63,788 nt of DNA, filler included, from Pseudogymnoascus verrucosus (GCA_001662655.1; 5 parts of 5 records of this genome joined end to end with filler, not necessarily neighbours in it); one strand, 5' to 3'. Counted from the first letter of the whole stretch, positions 1 to 13,685 are shown. The notes: generated by a model from the letters alone, not told the origin. Made by a program: numbers and translations.

Positions 1-946
1 GTCGGCGGGGAAGGAATCGAGGGTGCCGAGTGTGGTGGGGAGGGGGGATCCGCTGACTTCGAGTTGCCAGCTATAATGCATACCCCCATACCCGACTTCG
101 CGCCCAAAACAGACGCGTTTATAGATCTGATCCTCCCTAGCGACCAGATAGGCAAACCGCTTACAGGTTTGTGCGCTGCGAAGGAAGGAGGCCGGGTCGA
201 GGAGCGCGAGGTCGGTGAGGATGTGTGTTAGGATTTCTTGGGGGAGGGTGGCGATGGGGCAGGGGGGGGCGGGGGCGCCTTCGATGGGGGGAGCGGCGGG
301 GGTGANNNNNNNNNNNNNNNNNNNNNNNNNNNNNNNNNNNNNNNNNNNNNNNNNNNNNNNNNNNNNNNNNNNNNNNGGAGGAGGGGATCGCGGTGGTGGC
401 GGCGGCGGTGGGTTTCGGGGCGGCGGAGGGGGGGAAGTGTTTATTTTTGTATTTGAGGTCGACGCGGTCGTCTATCTGTGTGGTTGTTAGTATTTGTCGG
501 CTGTATGCGCGGGAGGGGAGGCATACCCTGAAGGCCTTTCGGTAATGCGTCAAGCTGTCCCCGAGATTGCCTTGTGCTTCTCGCTCAGCGGCCTTTTCAT
601 AATGTTCCAATGCCGACTCCGGCTCTTTGGGCGCAGTGCCGCTGAATTTCTCGACATCTTTCTCGACTGCCGACCTTGCTGGGGAGACCTCGAAGCTGGG
701 AGGGTGGAGGGGCGCGGGAGATGCTAGGTCGGCATCCTCGTCGGAGGGTTCGTTGTCGCTTTCAGCATCCGCGGATGGCCTCGGTGGAGCTTTGGGGACA
801 ACAGATGGCCTGCGCGCAGTCGGTTTCGACGGAGGCTGGGTCGATTTCTTGGAGGTGCTCGAGTCGCCGGGTTTCGATTTCGCGGATACCTCGGCGCGCC
901 ACTGCTGGCGGAAGGACTCGAGTTCGGGGTTTGATGGTTCGTCCAT
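1..946 (-). CDS. F-box protein, Hrt3/FBXO9-like; 3' end runs off the window start
   Basis: N-terminal ELESFRQQWRAEV and ALEHYEKA..RE..G.LGDSL..YRKAFR. GT-AG intron 476-526. After the N gap an F-box motif PIATLPQEILTHIL..LA..D..SF.R.A.TCKRF is read. Confidence 0.8.
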
Positions 947-2739
947 TGTGGGGTGTGGTTATAAAGCCAAAGCCATGTGTATATATATAAAGAGAAATAA
1001 ATGAAGAAAATGGCTTATATTATGAGAAAATAAGAGAGAATGTGGGGTATCTATTGCAACATTTTTGTTTGAAAGTGCAGGGGAGCAAGCTGACGGGAAG
1101 CCGATGATGGGATGAATCATGCGGAGAGTCCCTGCAGGGATGCTGGATAACGATAAGGGTAGTACTGGGGTACCTAGCTAGTACTATAGCAGTAAGGTCA
1201 AAACCAATTGGACTAAACCGCATCGAGCATTTTAGCTGGCACGCGATTAAGGCGGTGAAGGAAGAAAAGTTGGCAGTTAGTTTAAACCCTTTAAGCACAA
1301 GGAGCAGTGAACGGGGTGCACGGGGTGCACGGGGAAGCAAAGGAGTCAGCACGTGACACAGTGGCTGGTGCCGGACGCCGAGATGGAAGTTAGAGAAGCC
1401 GAGAAAGAAGGGATGAAAAGGGGGGGGTAAGATCTTCCATCCAAGGGTTAAAGGGGCTTAGACTTTTGTGTGGGTGGCTAGCTATATTCTCCGTGAGGCC
1501 GCGCATAGCTGGACCAGTTAAACACTTGCGGCCGTTTTATCGTTTGCATCCCGATTGACTTTTTTCCTTGCAGGGTGACGAATGCTATTAAGCCAAGCCA
1601 CGGTTGGGTATTGTGGTTTTGATACTATCCTATACTGTACTGTGGTAGTCTCTTGATTCCCAGCCGGCTGGAGAGAATTACGTTATTCTATACTCCAGTT
1701 TCGTAGCGATCCTTTATATCTGAAAGAGACAAACGATACAGTATGAAATAGCTGGTCATATGGCTGTACGCCTGGGCCGTCTACCATCCCCCTGTGTATC
1801 CTTCCACCATCGAACAAACTAGGAACAATACCAAGACGTGCCACATGTGCCACCATCTACTTAACTCCGGTGTCGCGACTGTCACTTTTTACTACTGTAC
1901 TGATAATATACACTGCTGCCTACCAACTACCCTTACCAACTAACTTACATCGCCGTTTTAAAGGTTTAAAAAGCCTGTACGGTGCAGTACACAACTACCA
2001 CAACTACCCACCCCTACCACTAAACTTACATCGCTGTTTTAAAGGGCTGTCACTTACGCAAATCTCGGTTACCCAGGCCACCGTAGTACTTCATCCCCTG
2101 CTGTGGAGCCCACCCACCACTAAGTACCCGCCAACCACCTACCACCCACCTACCACCTACCACCCACCTACCACCTCCCAGCCCAAAAACCCGAAAGCAA
2201 TTGTTTCCCTATCTGATGCTCCTCCTGTATCTCCACCTCCCCCCCCGTCTCCACCTCAAGAACCCCCAAAACTCCCAAACCACCACCACTTCAACCTCCT
2301 CCCTCTCCTCTCTATCCCCCACAGCTCTTTTCTCTCCTCTCCCCTCCTCCCTTTCCGTCTCTCTTCTCCCCCTCTTCAACGCTTGTCGCTGGTTCAACCC
2401 AACCTCTCTCAACGAAGAATAATTTGGCGAGGATCTGAGCATCTTTTTATTTTTCACCGACTCCACGACGGAGCAACACCACCACCAGAGCTTGGTACGT
2501 CTCTCCTTTACTCCTCCCCCTTGTCTGAGCTCGCGAGAGACCACTCCAACCACTTCAGAGCTTGCGAAAGTCAATTCGCCCATTTCACGCCGAGGCTTGA
2601 AGAATCGCCCTCGCCCCCCCAGCAATTAACCTCGAGGTGACTTCAACCTGCTAACACACCAACCCAACAGTTTCCACCCACTCGATACTGATTTGGACGT
2701 CCATGCCTTCAACATAGTGTGCTCGTTACCCCCGACATC

Positions 2740-5700
2740 ATGATCGCCTCTCTGCTGCCCGCGCGATTCCGCGGGCCCCAGGACACAAAGGCCAACGCCC
2801 AGCCCGGATGGCTGAACAAAAACATCACTCCGCTGCTGCAGGCCCTGTCCCGCAAGGCCTGCATCCACCCGATCCACACCGTTGTCATCGTTGCCTTCCT
2901 CGCCAGCACGACCTACATGGGCCTGCTCGAGGGCAGCTTGGACGGATTCCCATCGGGGGCTGGAAAGGCCGACTGGGGCTCCCTGGTGGAGGGCAGCCGA
3001 CAGCTATACGTTGGCAAGGACACCGCGTGGAAATGGCAAGCGCAGGATGCGGATGCGCCAATCCCGAGCGAGGCTGAGCGTCTCGCTCTCCTGACCTTCG
3101 TCTTCCCTGGTTCCCTCTCGTCGAGCTCGCCTGATGCGCCGCTCTCCCACACTGTGCCGCTTCCCAACAACTTGTCTATTACCGCGCTGCCATCTACGTC
3201 GAACCCTCTCGCGTCAATATCGCAAGATAGCACCCTCGCATTCTCCATCCCATATTCCCAGGCTCCAGAATTCCTCGCGTCGGCTCAGGAGATCCCAAAT
3301 GTCGACAACGAGGCCGATGGTTTGGGTGTCCAGGAACAGAAGCTGTGGATAATGAAGGCAGCCAGGGCCCCTGGAGCTTCCGGTAGCGTCAGACTCTGGG
3401 CTCTTAACGCCTGGTCCAAGTTTGTCGACCTCCTCAAGAACGCCGAGACACTGGATATCTTCATCATGGTTTTAGGATACATTGCCATGCACCTGACTTT
3501 CGTCTCTCTGTTCCTCTCTATGCGCCGCATGGGATCCAACTTCTGGCTCGCAACGACCGTCTTGTTCTCGTCCAGCTTCTCGTTCCTCTTCGGCCTTATC
3601 GTCACGACCAAGCTGGGAGTACCAATCAACATGGTCCTTCTATCCGAAGGCCTGCCGTTCCTCGTTGTCACGATCGGATTCGAGAAGGCTATCGTCCTCA
3701 CCAAGGCCGTCCTCTCCGTCGCCGTTGACAGCCGCAGAGCTCCTGTTCCCAACAGCCCAGGTTCCAGCAAGGACGATAAGGAGGGCACTTCGCCACCATC
3801 TATCCAGCATGCTGTCCAGGTCGCGATCAAGGAGAAGGGATTCGAGATCGTGCGCGATTACGCTATTGAGATCGCAATTCTGATTGCTGGTGCCGTTTCT
3901 GGGGTTCAGGGTGGACTTCAGCAGTTCTGCTTCCTCGCTGCCTGGATCCTCTTCTTCGACTGCATCCTTCTCTTCACCTTCTACACCTCCATTCTCAGCA
4001 TCAAGCTCGAGATCAACAGGATCAAGAGACACGTTGCACTCCGCAGAGCTCTCGAGGATGACGGACTTAGCCAGCGTCTGGCCGAGAACGTGGCACAGAG
4101 CAACGACTGGCCAAGACCAGACGGCGAGGGATCTGACGGCAAGACGAACATCTTTGGCCGCAAGGTCAAGGATAGCAGCGTTCCAAAGTTTAAGGTCCTG
4201 ATGGTTACTGGATTCGTCATTGTCAATGTTATCAACCTTGCGACTATCCCATTCAGGAGCAGCAAGAACAGCTCAGCTGCTTCTTCGGTCTCTGGCATTG
4301 CTACCCCCGGTTTCAGCGCTCTCGATCCATTCAAGGTGGCCTCCAACGGCCTCGATGCTATTCTCGCGACTGCCAAGCTAAGCGGTCTTCCTACCGTCGT
4401 CACCGTTCTATCGCCCATCAAGTACTCGCTCGAGTACCCCTCTATCCACTACGCAACGCACCATGATCAGCATAGCCCATACTCCATCGAGTACGGCGGA
4501 TCTGCCAGCGACTACGGAATGGGTGGCAGAGTTGTCGACAGCCTGCTGAAGAGTCTCGAAGACCCAGTGCTTTCTAAATGGATTATGGTTGCCTTGGTTC
4601 TGAGTGTTGTCCTCAACGGATATCTCTTCAATGCCGCAAGATGGTCCATCAAGGAACCCGAGACTCCTATCCTCGCTATCGACCCTATTGCCCTCGAAAG
4701 GGCACAGCGTCTTACTGATGACCGTCCGTCTCCAGCGGCTAACCAGTACGATGAGAACCTACGCCCAACCGACCGCCTGCCCACTCCAGCCAACACTGAT
4801 GATGAGGGTGATCTTGTTATCCTACCAAAGGTCGCTAACGGCTCTGTTGCTCTACGCCGCACCACCGAACAGATTGAGAAGATGCTCCTCGAGAAGCGCG
4901 CCCCGGAATTGAACGACAAGGAACTTATCGAGCTTTCCCTCTCAGGCAAGCTTCCTGGTTACGCTCTTGAGAGGACCCTCAAGGACACCACCCGCGCTGT
5001 TAAGATTCGCCGTGCCGTTGTCGCACGCACAGCTGCCACATCTCACACCACCAGCCTTCTCGAAGGCTCCAAGCTGCCATACGAACACTACAACTGGGAC
5101 CGCGTCCTCGGAGCATGCTGCGAGAATGTCATTGGCTACATGCCACTCCCAGTCGGTGTGGCCGGACCTATCGTTATCGACGGACAAAGCTACTTCCTCC
5201 CCATGGCCACGACCGAGGGTGTCCTCGTCGCCAGTACCAGCCGCGGAGCTAAGGCCATCAACGCCGGCGGCGGTGCCATCACCGTCCTCACCGGTGACGG
5301 CATGACCCGCGGCCCATGTATCGGTTTCGAGACTCTCGAGCGCGCCGGCGCCGCCAAGAACTGGCTCGACTCCGAGGCCGGCCAGAAGACCATGAAGAAG
5401 GCATTCGACTCCACCTCCCGCTTCGCGCGTCTCCAGACCATGAAGACCGCCATAGCCGGTACCTACCTCTACATCCGCTTCAAGACCAGCACCGGTGACG
5501 CAATGGGCATGAACATGATCTCCAAGGGCGTCGAGCACGCGCTGAAGGTTATGTCGACTGAGAGCGGCTTCGACGATATGCAGATTATCTCCGTCTCTGG
5601 TAACTACTGCACGGATAAGAAGCCAGCGGCTATCAACTGGATCGACGGCCGCGGCAAGGGGGTTGTGGCTGAGGCTATCATTCCCGCGGAGGTGGTGCGC

Positions 5701-6297
5701 AAGGTCCTCAAGAGCGAGGTCGACGCGCTGGTCGAGCTGAACATTAGCAAGAACCTTATCGGTAGCGCGATGGCGGGAAGCATTGGCGGGTTCAATGCTC
5801 ACGCTGGTAACATCGTCACTGCCATCTTCCTCGCTACTGGTCAGGATCCCGCGCAGAACGTGGAGAGCAGTAACTGTATTACTATTATGAAGAAGTACGT
5901 CTATCCCCCCCTCCCCTTTCTTCAAAAAAAATAAGAACCTCAGCTAACACCCCCCAGCCTCCGCGGTAACCTCCAAATCTCCGTCTCCATGCCCTCCATC
6001 GAAGTCGGCACCCTCGGCGGCGGCACCATCCTCGAGCCCCAAGCCGCAATGCTCGACCTCCTCGGCGTCCGTGGCTCCCACCCCACCAACCCGGGCGACA
6101 ACGCGCGCAAGCTCGCGCGCATCGTCGCTGCCGGTGTCCTGGCGGGTGAGCTTTCCCTCTGCTCGGCCCTCGCGGCGGGTCATCTGGTTCAGAGCCATAT
6201 GGCGCATAATCGCTCCGCGCCGGCGACGAGGAGTAGTACGCCTGCTCCTGGGGGTATGGCGACGCCGGTTACGCTGGCTATGACGGGGAAGAGGTAG
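2740..6297 (+). CDS. HMG1: HMG-CoA reductase, class I, membrane-bound
   Basis: HPIH motif, sterol-sensing TM region, catalytic motifs [34 protein letters not shown]. Intron 5895-5957 joins [17 protein letters not shown]. Confidence 0.97.
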
Positions 6298-7332
6298 GGG
6301 GGTGTATATGATAGTGTGGGAATTTTTTCTACTAGGTGAAGGTGAAGCGCGTAGGCGCGGGATTTTTAGGGGAAGGGGAAACCCTTTTGTTAATACGGTG
6401 GGGTGGTGGTGGGGAGGATAGGCGGCGTAGGCACTCGTGGTGCCTGAGCGTGCGCAGACTTTGGATCTATGGGGAGGAGGGCAACTTCACCCGTGTGAGA
6501 GAGAGAGGGTGAAAAAGGGGATTTATATATTTGAAGGCGAATGAATGGGGGGTTAGATTAGAATAAGATGTAATTGAAATGGAAAAAAGAAGAAAAGAAG
6601 TAATATTCCCAGTTCTCCTTTCGTGCGTGATGGACGGAGATGGAAGGATAGTAGATAAGAAGGGGCAGGAATCGTATGTGTAGAGTTCTCGGCCAGTTCC
6701 TGACAGTTGGTGACAAAAGGGAATATTCGATTGTCTGGAACAGCGCCACAGAATCTAGCCATTCGGTCTGAGGTGCTGGCCATGTGGAAGCTCGGGGCAG
6801 GATGGGGGATTGTCAGTGGTGAGAATACATAGGCGGTGGTGAGAACTTTGCTGCAGTGAGAACAAGGTGGCGCGACAGTGAGAAATAAGAAGCCAGCAGA
6901 CCCTCGACCGGCAGAGGAGTGGGAACAAGGAACAGGTAACCACGATATTCCAGAGAAAGGTTTCCTTTATTGATGGTATCGTCGCTGGCTTCCCTGTTGT
7001 GCCCTCTTGCCACATTGTATGAGAGAGCCCGTCCACGTCGATGATATGATGGCTCTAACCAGGTGCCTCCTTGCTCTGAAGTACGGCGCGCATGAGTACG
7101 TGTACCACCGGTCCACTGGGATGACGTCTGGATTCTTTACTTCCATCTCCATCTCTGGCATATATTTCTGCCAGCTGCAATAACTGAGCGAAGTATCGTA
7201 CCCTACGCCCCTTTCCCGTCACCATCCCCACACACACAACCACACCACTAAAAATAAAAAGCGGATCCCCAAACCAGAAAAACGCACCACCTCATAAAAC
7301 CTCTCCCAAGCGCCCGGACGCTATAAATACAC

Positions 7333-7439
7333 GGGGCTGTAACTCAGTGGTAGAGTGTTCGCTTTGCATTGCCCCAGTCGCAAGATTGGATATGATACTT
7401 ATATGCGAAAAGCCCAGGGTTCGATCCCCTGCCGCTCCA
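7333..7439 (+). tRNA. tRNA-Ala(TGC) with a 35-nt intron (7369-7403)
   Basis: Acceptor stem GGGGCTG/CCGCTCC-A with G3:U70 Ala identity pair; D arm ACTC/GAGT; anticodon stem TTCGC/GCGAA around TGC; T arm CAGGG-TTCGATC-CCCTG. Confidence 0.93.
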
Positions 7440-7448
7440 AATTCTTCC

Positions 7449-7465
7449 TTTTTTTTTTTTTTTTT
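7449..7465 (+). terminator. RNA polymerase III oligo-T terminator of tRNA-Ala
   Basis: Long T run about 10 nt downstream of the tRNA 3' end. Confidence 0.75.
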
Positions 7466-8052
7466 GCTTTTGGACTTTTAGTGTGGGGATGGTCTGGGAT
7501 TTCGGAGGGTAAGTAGTCTTTTTTTGGGGAGGGATAGGATTTGAGAGAAACAAACTTGGTGGGGTGAACTTTTTTTTTGTGGGGGGGGGAAACAGCAACG
7601 ACGATGAGCTCGCAAACTTTGAAGGGGGAGGAGGGCGCCAGTAGTTCATTACCTCTATTTCAATGCTGTTATACTTATATCTTACCTTTCCAATAAAGTG
7701 CCAATTTTATACTGCTCTCTACTTCCGATAACAGACGTGTGCGCAAGCTCTACTGCACACGACTTTCCCAATAGACCGTGAAGCTTTTCTCCTCTGAGAA
7801 AATTCGCTTTCGAGATATGTCCGCACTGGGACCACTTTTCTGTCGTTTACTGGGACGGCCCGAACTGTCCTACTGCAAGCATTCAATTCACAGAAAACGT
7901 TCACTCAAATAGTAGCCAGTATTTTTGAACAGAAAGGTTTATTTGCTTTCTATCTATATTAATTACATAGTTCAGTAGGGAAAAGTCTAGACTCTATAAT
8001 AGCAGTCTACTCGAATTAATCATTCCGCTCCAAAACGACACGCCTCAGCCAC

Positions 8053-9751
8053 TTAAACCTCAAGGGTCTCTCCGTGGTGAGCAACAGGAGCCTTCTCAGC
8101 GAGACCCATCTCGGAAGCGAAGGTGCTGTGTGGCACCCACTTAGCGGACTTGCGTGGGGTGGACTCCTCGAACATGCGATCGACCTGCTCAAGCGACAGA
8201 CCCTTGGTCTCGGGAATGAGGAAGATGGCGTAGATGAGGCAGCACAAGCAGAGGGAGCCCCAGACGAAGAAGACCTTGGGTCCGAGGTTGGCCTTGTCCT
8301 TGCCGACCATGTAGGGGGTGATGACAGCGATGATCTGTGGGGGAGATGATTAGCTTCAATTTTTCCATGTGGAGCAAATTAGGGGGTCAACTTACGCAGT
8401 TCCACAGCCAGTTGGAGGCGGTAGAGAGACCAACACCACGGGAGCGGATGGGGATGGGGAAGATCTCGCCGATGAGAACCCAGGCACCTGGACCCCAGGT
8501 GGTGGCGAAGAAGAAGATGTAGATGCAGATGAAGGCGACCAAGGCACGGGTGGCGTTTTGGTCGTCGGGGAGGGCAGTTCCGACGGCGCCGACGATGAAC
8601 TGGCAGATAACCATTCCAAGGGCACCGTAGATCATGATGGCGCGACGACCGAAGCGCTCAATGGTGTAGAAGGAAATTGGGGTGCTGACGACGTTGATGA
8701 TGGTGAAGATCATGGAGATCAAGAAGGCGTTGCTGATCGTGCCGAGGGATTGCAGGAAGATGGTGGAGTAGTAGAAGATGAAGTTGACACCGGTCCACTG
8801 CTGCATCATCTGGAGGGAGGTACCGAGAATCGTGCGACGGAGGTTGGATCCAGGGTTGGTGAGTCCACCCTTGAAACAGTTGGCCCAGGACGAGAAGTAG
8901 CCGCTCTGGGGGATGACCTGCATCTCATACTCGTGGTTGGCAACAATCTCAGCGAGTTCCTGTTGGATGTAGTCGGAGTCGACGGGCTGGCCACGAATGC
9001 GGGCAAGGACGGCGGCGGCCTTGACGAGGTTACCCTTCTTGACGAAGTAGCGGGCAGACTCGGGGAGGAAGAAGAGACCGACGCCAAGAACGACGGCTGG
9101 GAGGAACTGGATGGCGATGGGGATACGGTATGAGCCAGAGTCCATGCGGTCCTTGGTGGCATAGTCGACGCAGGCGGCAACCATGAGACCGATGGTAACG
9201 CAGAATTGGTAACCCGAAACAAGGGTACCACGGATCTTCTTTGGTGCGATCTCAGACATGTACAGAATGATGATAGCAGAGACGAAACCGACACCGAAAC
9301 CAGCGATGATACGGCCAACGGCGAGAAGAGCGAAAGTAGAAGAGGCGACCTCAAGGATAACACCGACGATGAAAACCAGGCAGCCCAACATAATAGTTGT
9401 GCGGCGTCCAAACCAATCAGCGAGATCACCAGCGAGGATGGCACCGAAGAAAGTTCCAGCAGAGAGAATCGAGACAATGAGCGAGTTGTTAGACGAAGAG
9501 ACGACGAAGTAAGCGGATTCGGCGTCGGTGGCACCGACGGCGGGGTATGGCAGGTTCTCAAATTGGTGGATGAAGTACTTCATGCCCAAAACACCACCAA
9601 TGTGTCCGGAATCGTATCCGAAGAAGAAACCACCAAAGGCAGCAAAGGCGCAAAGGAAGTAGGCCTTTGTGGTCATTGGCGCCTCAATGCGCTCGACATC
9701 GGTTGGCCCATTGAGGGTCTCGGCCCTGATCTCAGTAACAGCTTCCCCCAT
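8053..9751 (-). CDS. MFS sugar porter (hexose/monosaccharide transporter)
   Basis: FGYDSG, D.FGRR, PESAR, QQWTGVNFIFYY, ER.GRR and PETKG motifs. Intron 8335-8395 joins NWLWNC-IIAVITPYM. Confidence 0.95.
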
Positions 9752-9910
9752 GATGATGGTTGTGATAAGGATAGGAGTTGAATATGAGAAGTGCGTGGAG
9801 AACAAGCAGGTATGGAGGGGGAACCGGCGGGGTATATAAGGCCAGAGCACGACAGCACAGAAGCAGAGTAACACCAAGTCATGCGCCTGTCTAACTTCGA
9901 ATTTACTCGC

Positions 9911-9993
9911 GCGGTCCGTTTACAATATCTCAATGCGGTCCGTTTACCATATTTCCTTGCGGCCCGTTTATAATATTTCCTTCCGGGCCGATT
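9911..9993. repeat. 24-bp tandem repeat (3 copies plus a partial) of GCGGTCCGTTTA.AATAT upstream of the transporter
   Basis: Copies start at 9911, 9935, 9959 and 9983; TATA-like box near 9833-9839. Confidence 0.8.
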
Positions 9994-12900
9994 GTGAGTG
10001 CTAGCGGCATCAGTGATCTCCCCCACCAAAAATATCACATTTCAACCATAACTCCACGTGGAACGACGAAATTAATTGTAGCTTGATGCATTGATCATAA
10101 TAGACCTAGTATTAATGCATTATTCCGATTTTTTGTTACAGAGTTGTAGCTGTGAAGCTGTGGTCGTGGTGTTGTTTTGAAAAGTGATACATTTTGGAAG
10201 GGGGTCCCGTGAGTAATGACGCACTCAGAGTATTTCTCACGGGCCGATTATATTCTTGCCGCCCATTCAGTCTCACCATTCCTATTGCCACCCCACAGCG
10301 CGTCCCCCGTCCCCCATCCCCCATTCCCCATTCCCCATCTTCTCCCCATCCCCCATCCCCCATTTTCCCCCATTCCCCAATCCCCCATCCCCCACCTCCC
10401 ATCCCCTTGTGTTGGGAAACGGGCCGAGCACGTGGAAAATCGGTGATTTGGGCCCTGGGAACTCTGGTAATCCCCACCAGAGTGGTCAGCGCTCCCACTG
10501 TTCACACCCGAGGCATGAAAACTCTGCAGCTACAGGCGGTCGAGGCTTCGGCGCTTCCTAGGGGATTCATGCAAGCCTCTCAGGAGCTCTTAGATCCTGC
10601 GTAGTTTTATTGGAATATAGATGGGATTATTGGACTGATTGCTGCATTGCGCTATGTAAGTGTACTGCTGTGGTGAAGCCCAACTCTGCACCACACTCAC
10701 CATACAAATTTGGCCGTGAACCACCGTACCAACCGAATATTCCCCGACACCCCATTCCCCATCCCCCATTGATTGCCCACGCTCTCCACAATCACCCCGA
10801 ACAAACTCTCCGCAATCCATCGTACCACGCCACCAACCGCCACGCATCAAACACGAGTCAATTGTCAGTCATGGAGGCGGCTCGGGTAGGTTTGAAGGAT
10901 GTTTCGGAACACCTGACAAAATTCAGTTGGACAGGGCGTGCCAAGGGGCCAACCGAGCAGGACGGGAGATCGCTAGGAGGTGGCGGTTTGGGTTCCTCCT
11001 TATTCAGGCAACAGGAGGTCACCTCGTCAGAAATGACATGTTCCCTGAAATACTCGCAGAACTCGCTGTACTTAAAACGGACACCCGTAATGAAGTCGGC
11101 CCCTTTAGTTGGGAATTCCAGGGCTCGGATCCCTGCAGCTCCAACATGACATTTTTCATATTTCACAGGGTCTTCAGGACGCACCACACCACTACCACGA
11201 ACATAGTTTGATGACAGCGATTAAGACGACTTCTGATAGGCCATTGCAGAGGTTGATTTTCACCAATCCAATTGACGGAATTGTTACGAGTCTAGGCCAC
11301 CTGAGAAATATGGGTAAAAAAAAGTAGTGTGGTCGTATTAGTCCCAGACCTCGGCGACGGCGAATCTCCGGATAATTGCCTCGTGACATTAACCACGCGA
11401 AAGGAGTGAGACACGCGACGAAAGCGGAAATCTGCAGGTTCTTGGCGAGGGTCGTTTCGGGGTGCGCTATACAGAACCCATGGCTGCCAGCCTTATTGAA
11501 GCTGACGAAGCATTTCTGGGTTCTGCATATGGTTAGAAAGGCGGGATGGACATTGCTTGTTCGCACGGCCAGATCGCGTGTGAGGTCACAATAACACACA
11601 CGAAGTCTGCCAAGTCTCTTGGGTAACCGATGGTCCGGTATTCATGGTTTAGTACGGATGCTCAGTGTATACACCCCTATTAGAGGCAATTCTGACGAGC
11701 ATTCGATGCAATGTGTTCAATCTTCTCTTTGACATGAACTAGAACATTTACGTGGCAGTCTCACTCGATGCTAAATACACCCCGAGCAGTCTCCTTATTC
11801 CCACCACCGCTGCTGATTCTATCCATCTCCTGCCCTCGCCGCCTCCTGTTCTCACCATCTCCTGTTCTCGCCGCCGCCCATTCTCTCTCACCACTATAAT
11901 CTCCTCTCGTCGTTTCCTATTCTCACCACTAACCAAAGTGACTGGGCATATCATTATCTCTCGAGGTAAAAACACTGTAGTATTGTTCGTATTTCCACGT
12001 CAAAAAGCGATATTTCTGGTCGAGTTGCAACTTGGATGGCATAAGTGTCACGACTCACCGACGGAGAGCCCGAGCAAGCAATAAAATCAAAAGAAACCGA
12101 GGCTCACTGAATCGACATCAGAGGGAATGAGCGAATTCATTGCCTTCTCGCTTTACTGTGAATAATCTCAGCTATTATATTAGGAGAAGAAGACAACCCG
12201 CTTACACTTACGCCGTCGATGAGTTGGTGGAGCTGAGGGAGGTAAGGAGGAGTATAAGGAGTCAAAATGAAAAGGGGACGCGAACAACCACAAAATAAAC
12301 AACCAAATGCAGGCTTGCTTCGCCTACTCTGTATGCAGTCATTGTTGATATGTCTACCCTTGAGATGCTACGTCTCCAGCTTTATATAGTCTATCGCTCG
12401 CATGATGATAACTGCCACTATCCCCATCGTATCGTAAATCCGCCCTCGAAATAGCCGTAGATCAGAATTCTTCCCATGATACAGTGTGATGGGGTGCTTG
12501 GCTGGTTGGGGCTGGACTGAGAGGATGTCTGTATATGTATTTCTTTTGGGGAAAGGGGGGATGTAAATCGTGCTTTCACGCAACATCTTGTTCCATCCAA
12601 CCCTTACCATCCGTCAAGTGTACTCACCATCTCCCCCTCTCGTAGAATAGATGTCTTAGTATTGATTTCCTACCGCTCTAATTTAATTTAATTTTGATAT
12701 CTTTCTTTTTGGAGGGATTGGAAATTTATGATTTAGGATTTAAGGATATTTTTCGTAGTGACAATATAATTCGTATAAATAATATTATGGAAATTAATAA
12801 AAATCCAACAAACCACAATTTATAAAAACCATCACCAAAGGAGTCAAACAGAAGCACTCAACACCCCACAAATCCAGCAAGAAGCTTACAACAAAGAACA

Positions 12901-13685
12901 ACACAGAGCAAACACAAGGAGAAGGAAATCCCATAACCCAAAATAGCAGAAGGCAGACCCTCGAGTGCCGAACACCCTAGGAAACGATGCCAAGAAGCAA
13001 ATGACGGTCTTCATCGATAACTATATATCTCTCTCGAGCGGAGACCCAAATCATGTAACTCCAATCCTATGAAATGTTGGGTGTTTAACGGTAGCGTGGA
13101 CACCGACGGATATGGACAGATTGGAGTTAATGTGCGCTCAAGATGCGGTGTGCCTTGTCATGTTGCTCGAGCTACTGTCGTCTGTTCTGTCACTACTGCC
13201 TTTTCTTACTGCCGTTTGTTCTCTCTCACTATCTCCTATTCTCACCGACAACATCCCTTCTCACCGGCATCCATTCGCACTACACACTCTGCTTGTCCAC
13301 TTATCGGATTTGTTTTTGAAAACAAAGTTACACAGATCGTCGGAACACCAGTAAGCTCCGCGTCATCTGCAGTCCACGTTTGATGAAGGCAGAAGAAGAA
13401 GAAAAAGAGTGCTCACAACCTGAGGAAAGAGAGGTGTCGTCGTGATGGTAAGTTATGGTGGAGCGATGATAAGAAGGGGGGGGTTGAGGTGAAAAGGGGG
13501 GAGGATAACAATTCCACAGACCAAAAAACGGAATATACTCCCCCCCCTTTCCCTAATCTCACAATCGACACACACACAACTCCCAAAACAACACCACCAC
13601 ATCCCACCACCACCCAGCCCCAACCATATATCAGCGAACCCCCCCCCCCCCCCCCCACCCCCCCTATCCCCCCCCCCTCCCCCTC

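Noticed and set aside
1870..2640. 256-aa Pro/Ser-rich ORF upstream of HMG1
   Set aside because: Non-ATG start; it arises from C-rich promoter repeats and 5'-UTR sequence and has no domain.
4942..5925. 327-aa antisense ORF in HMG1, and similar ones in the transporter, GLS2, APM1 and MSH3
   Set aside because: Shadow frames expected from GC3-rich codon bias.
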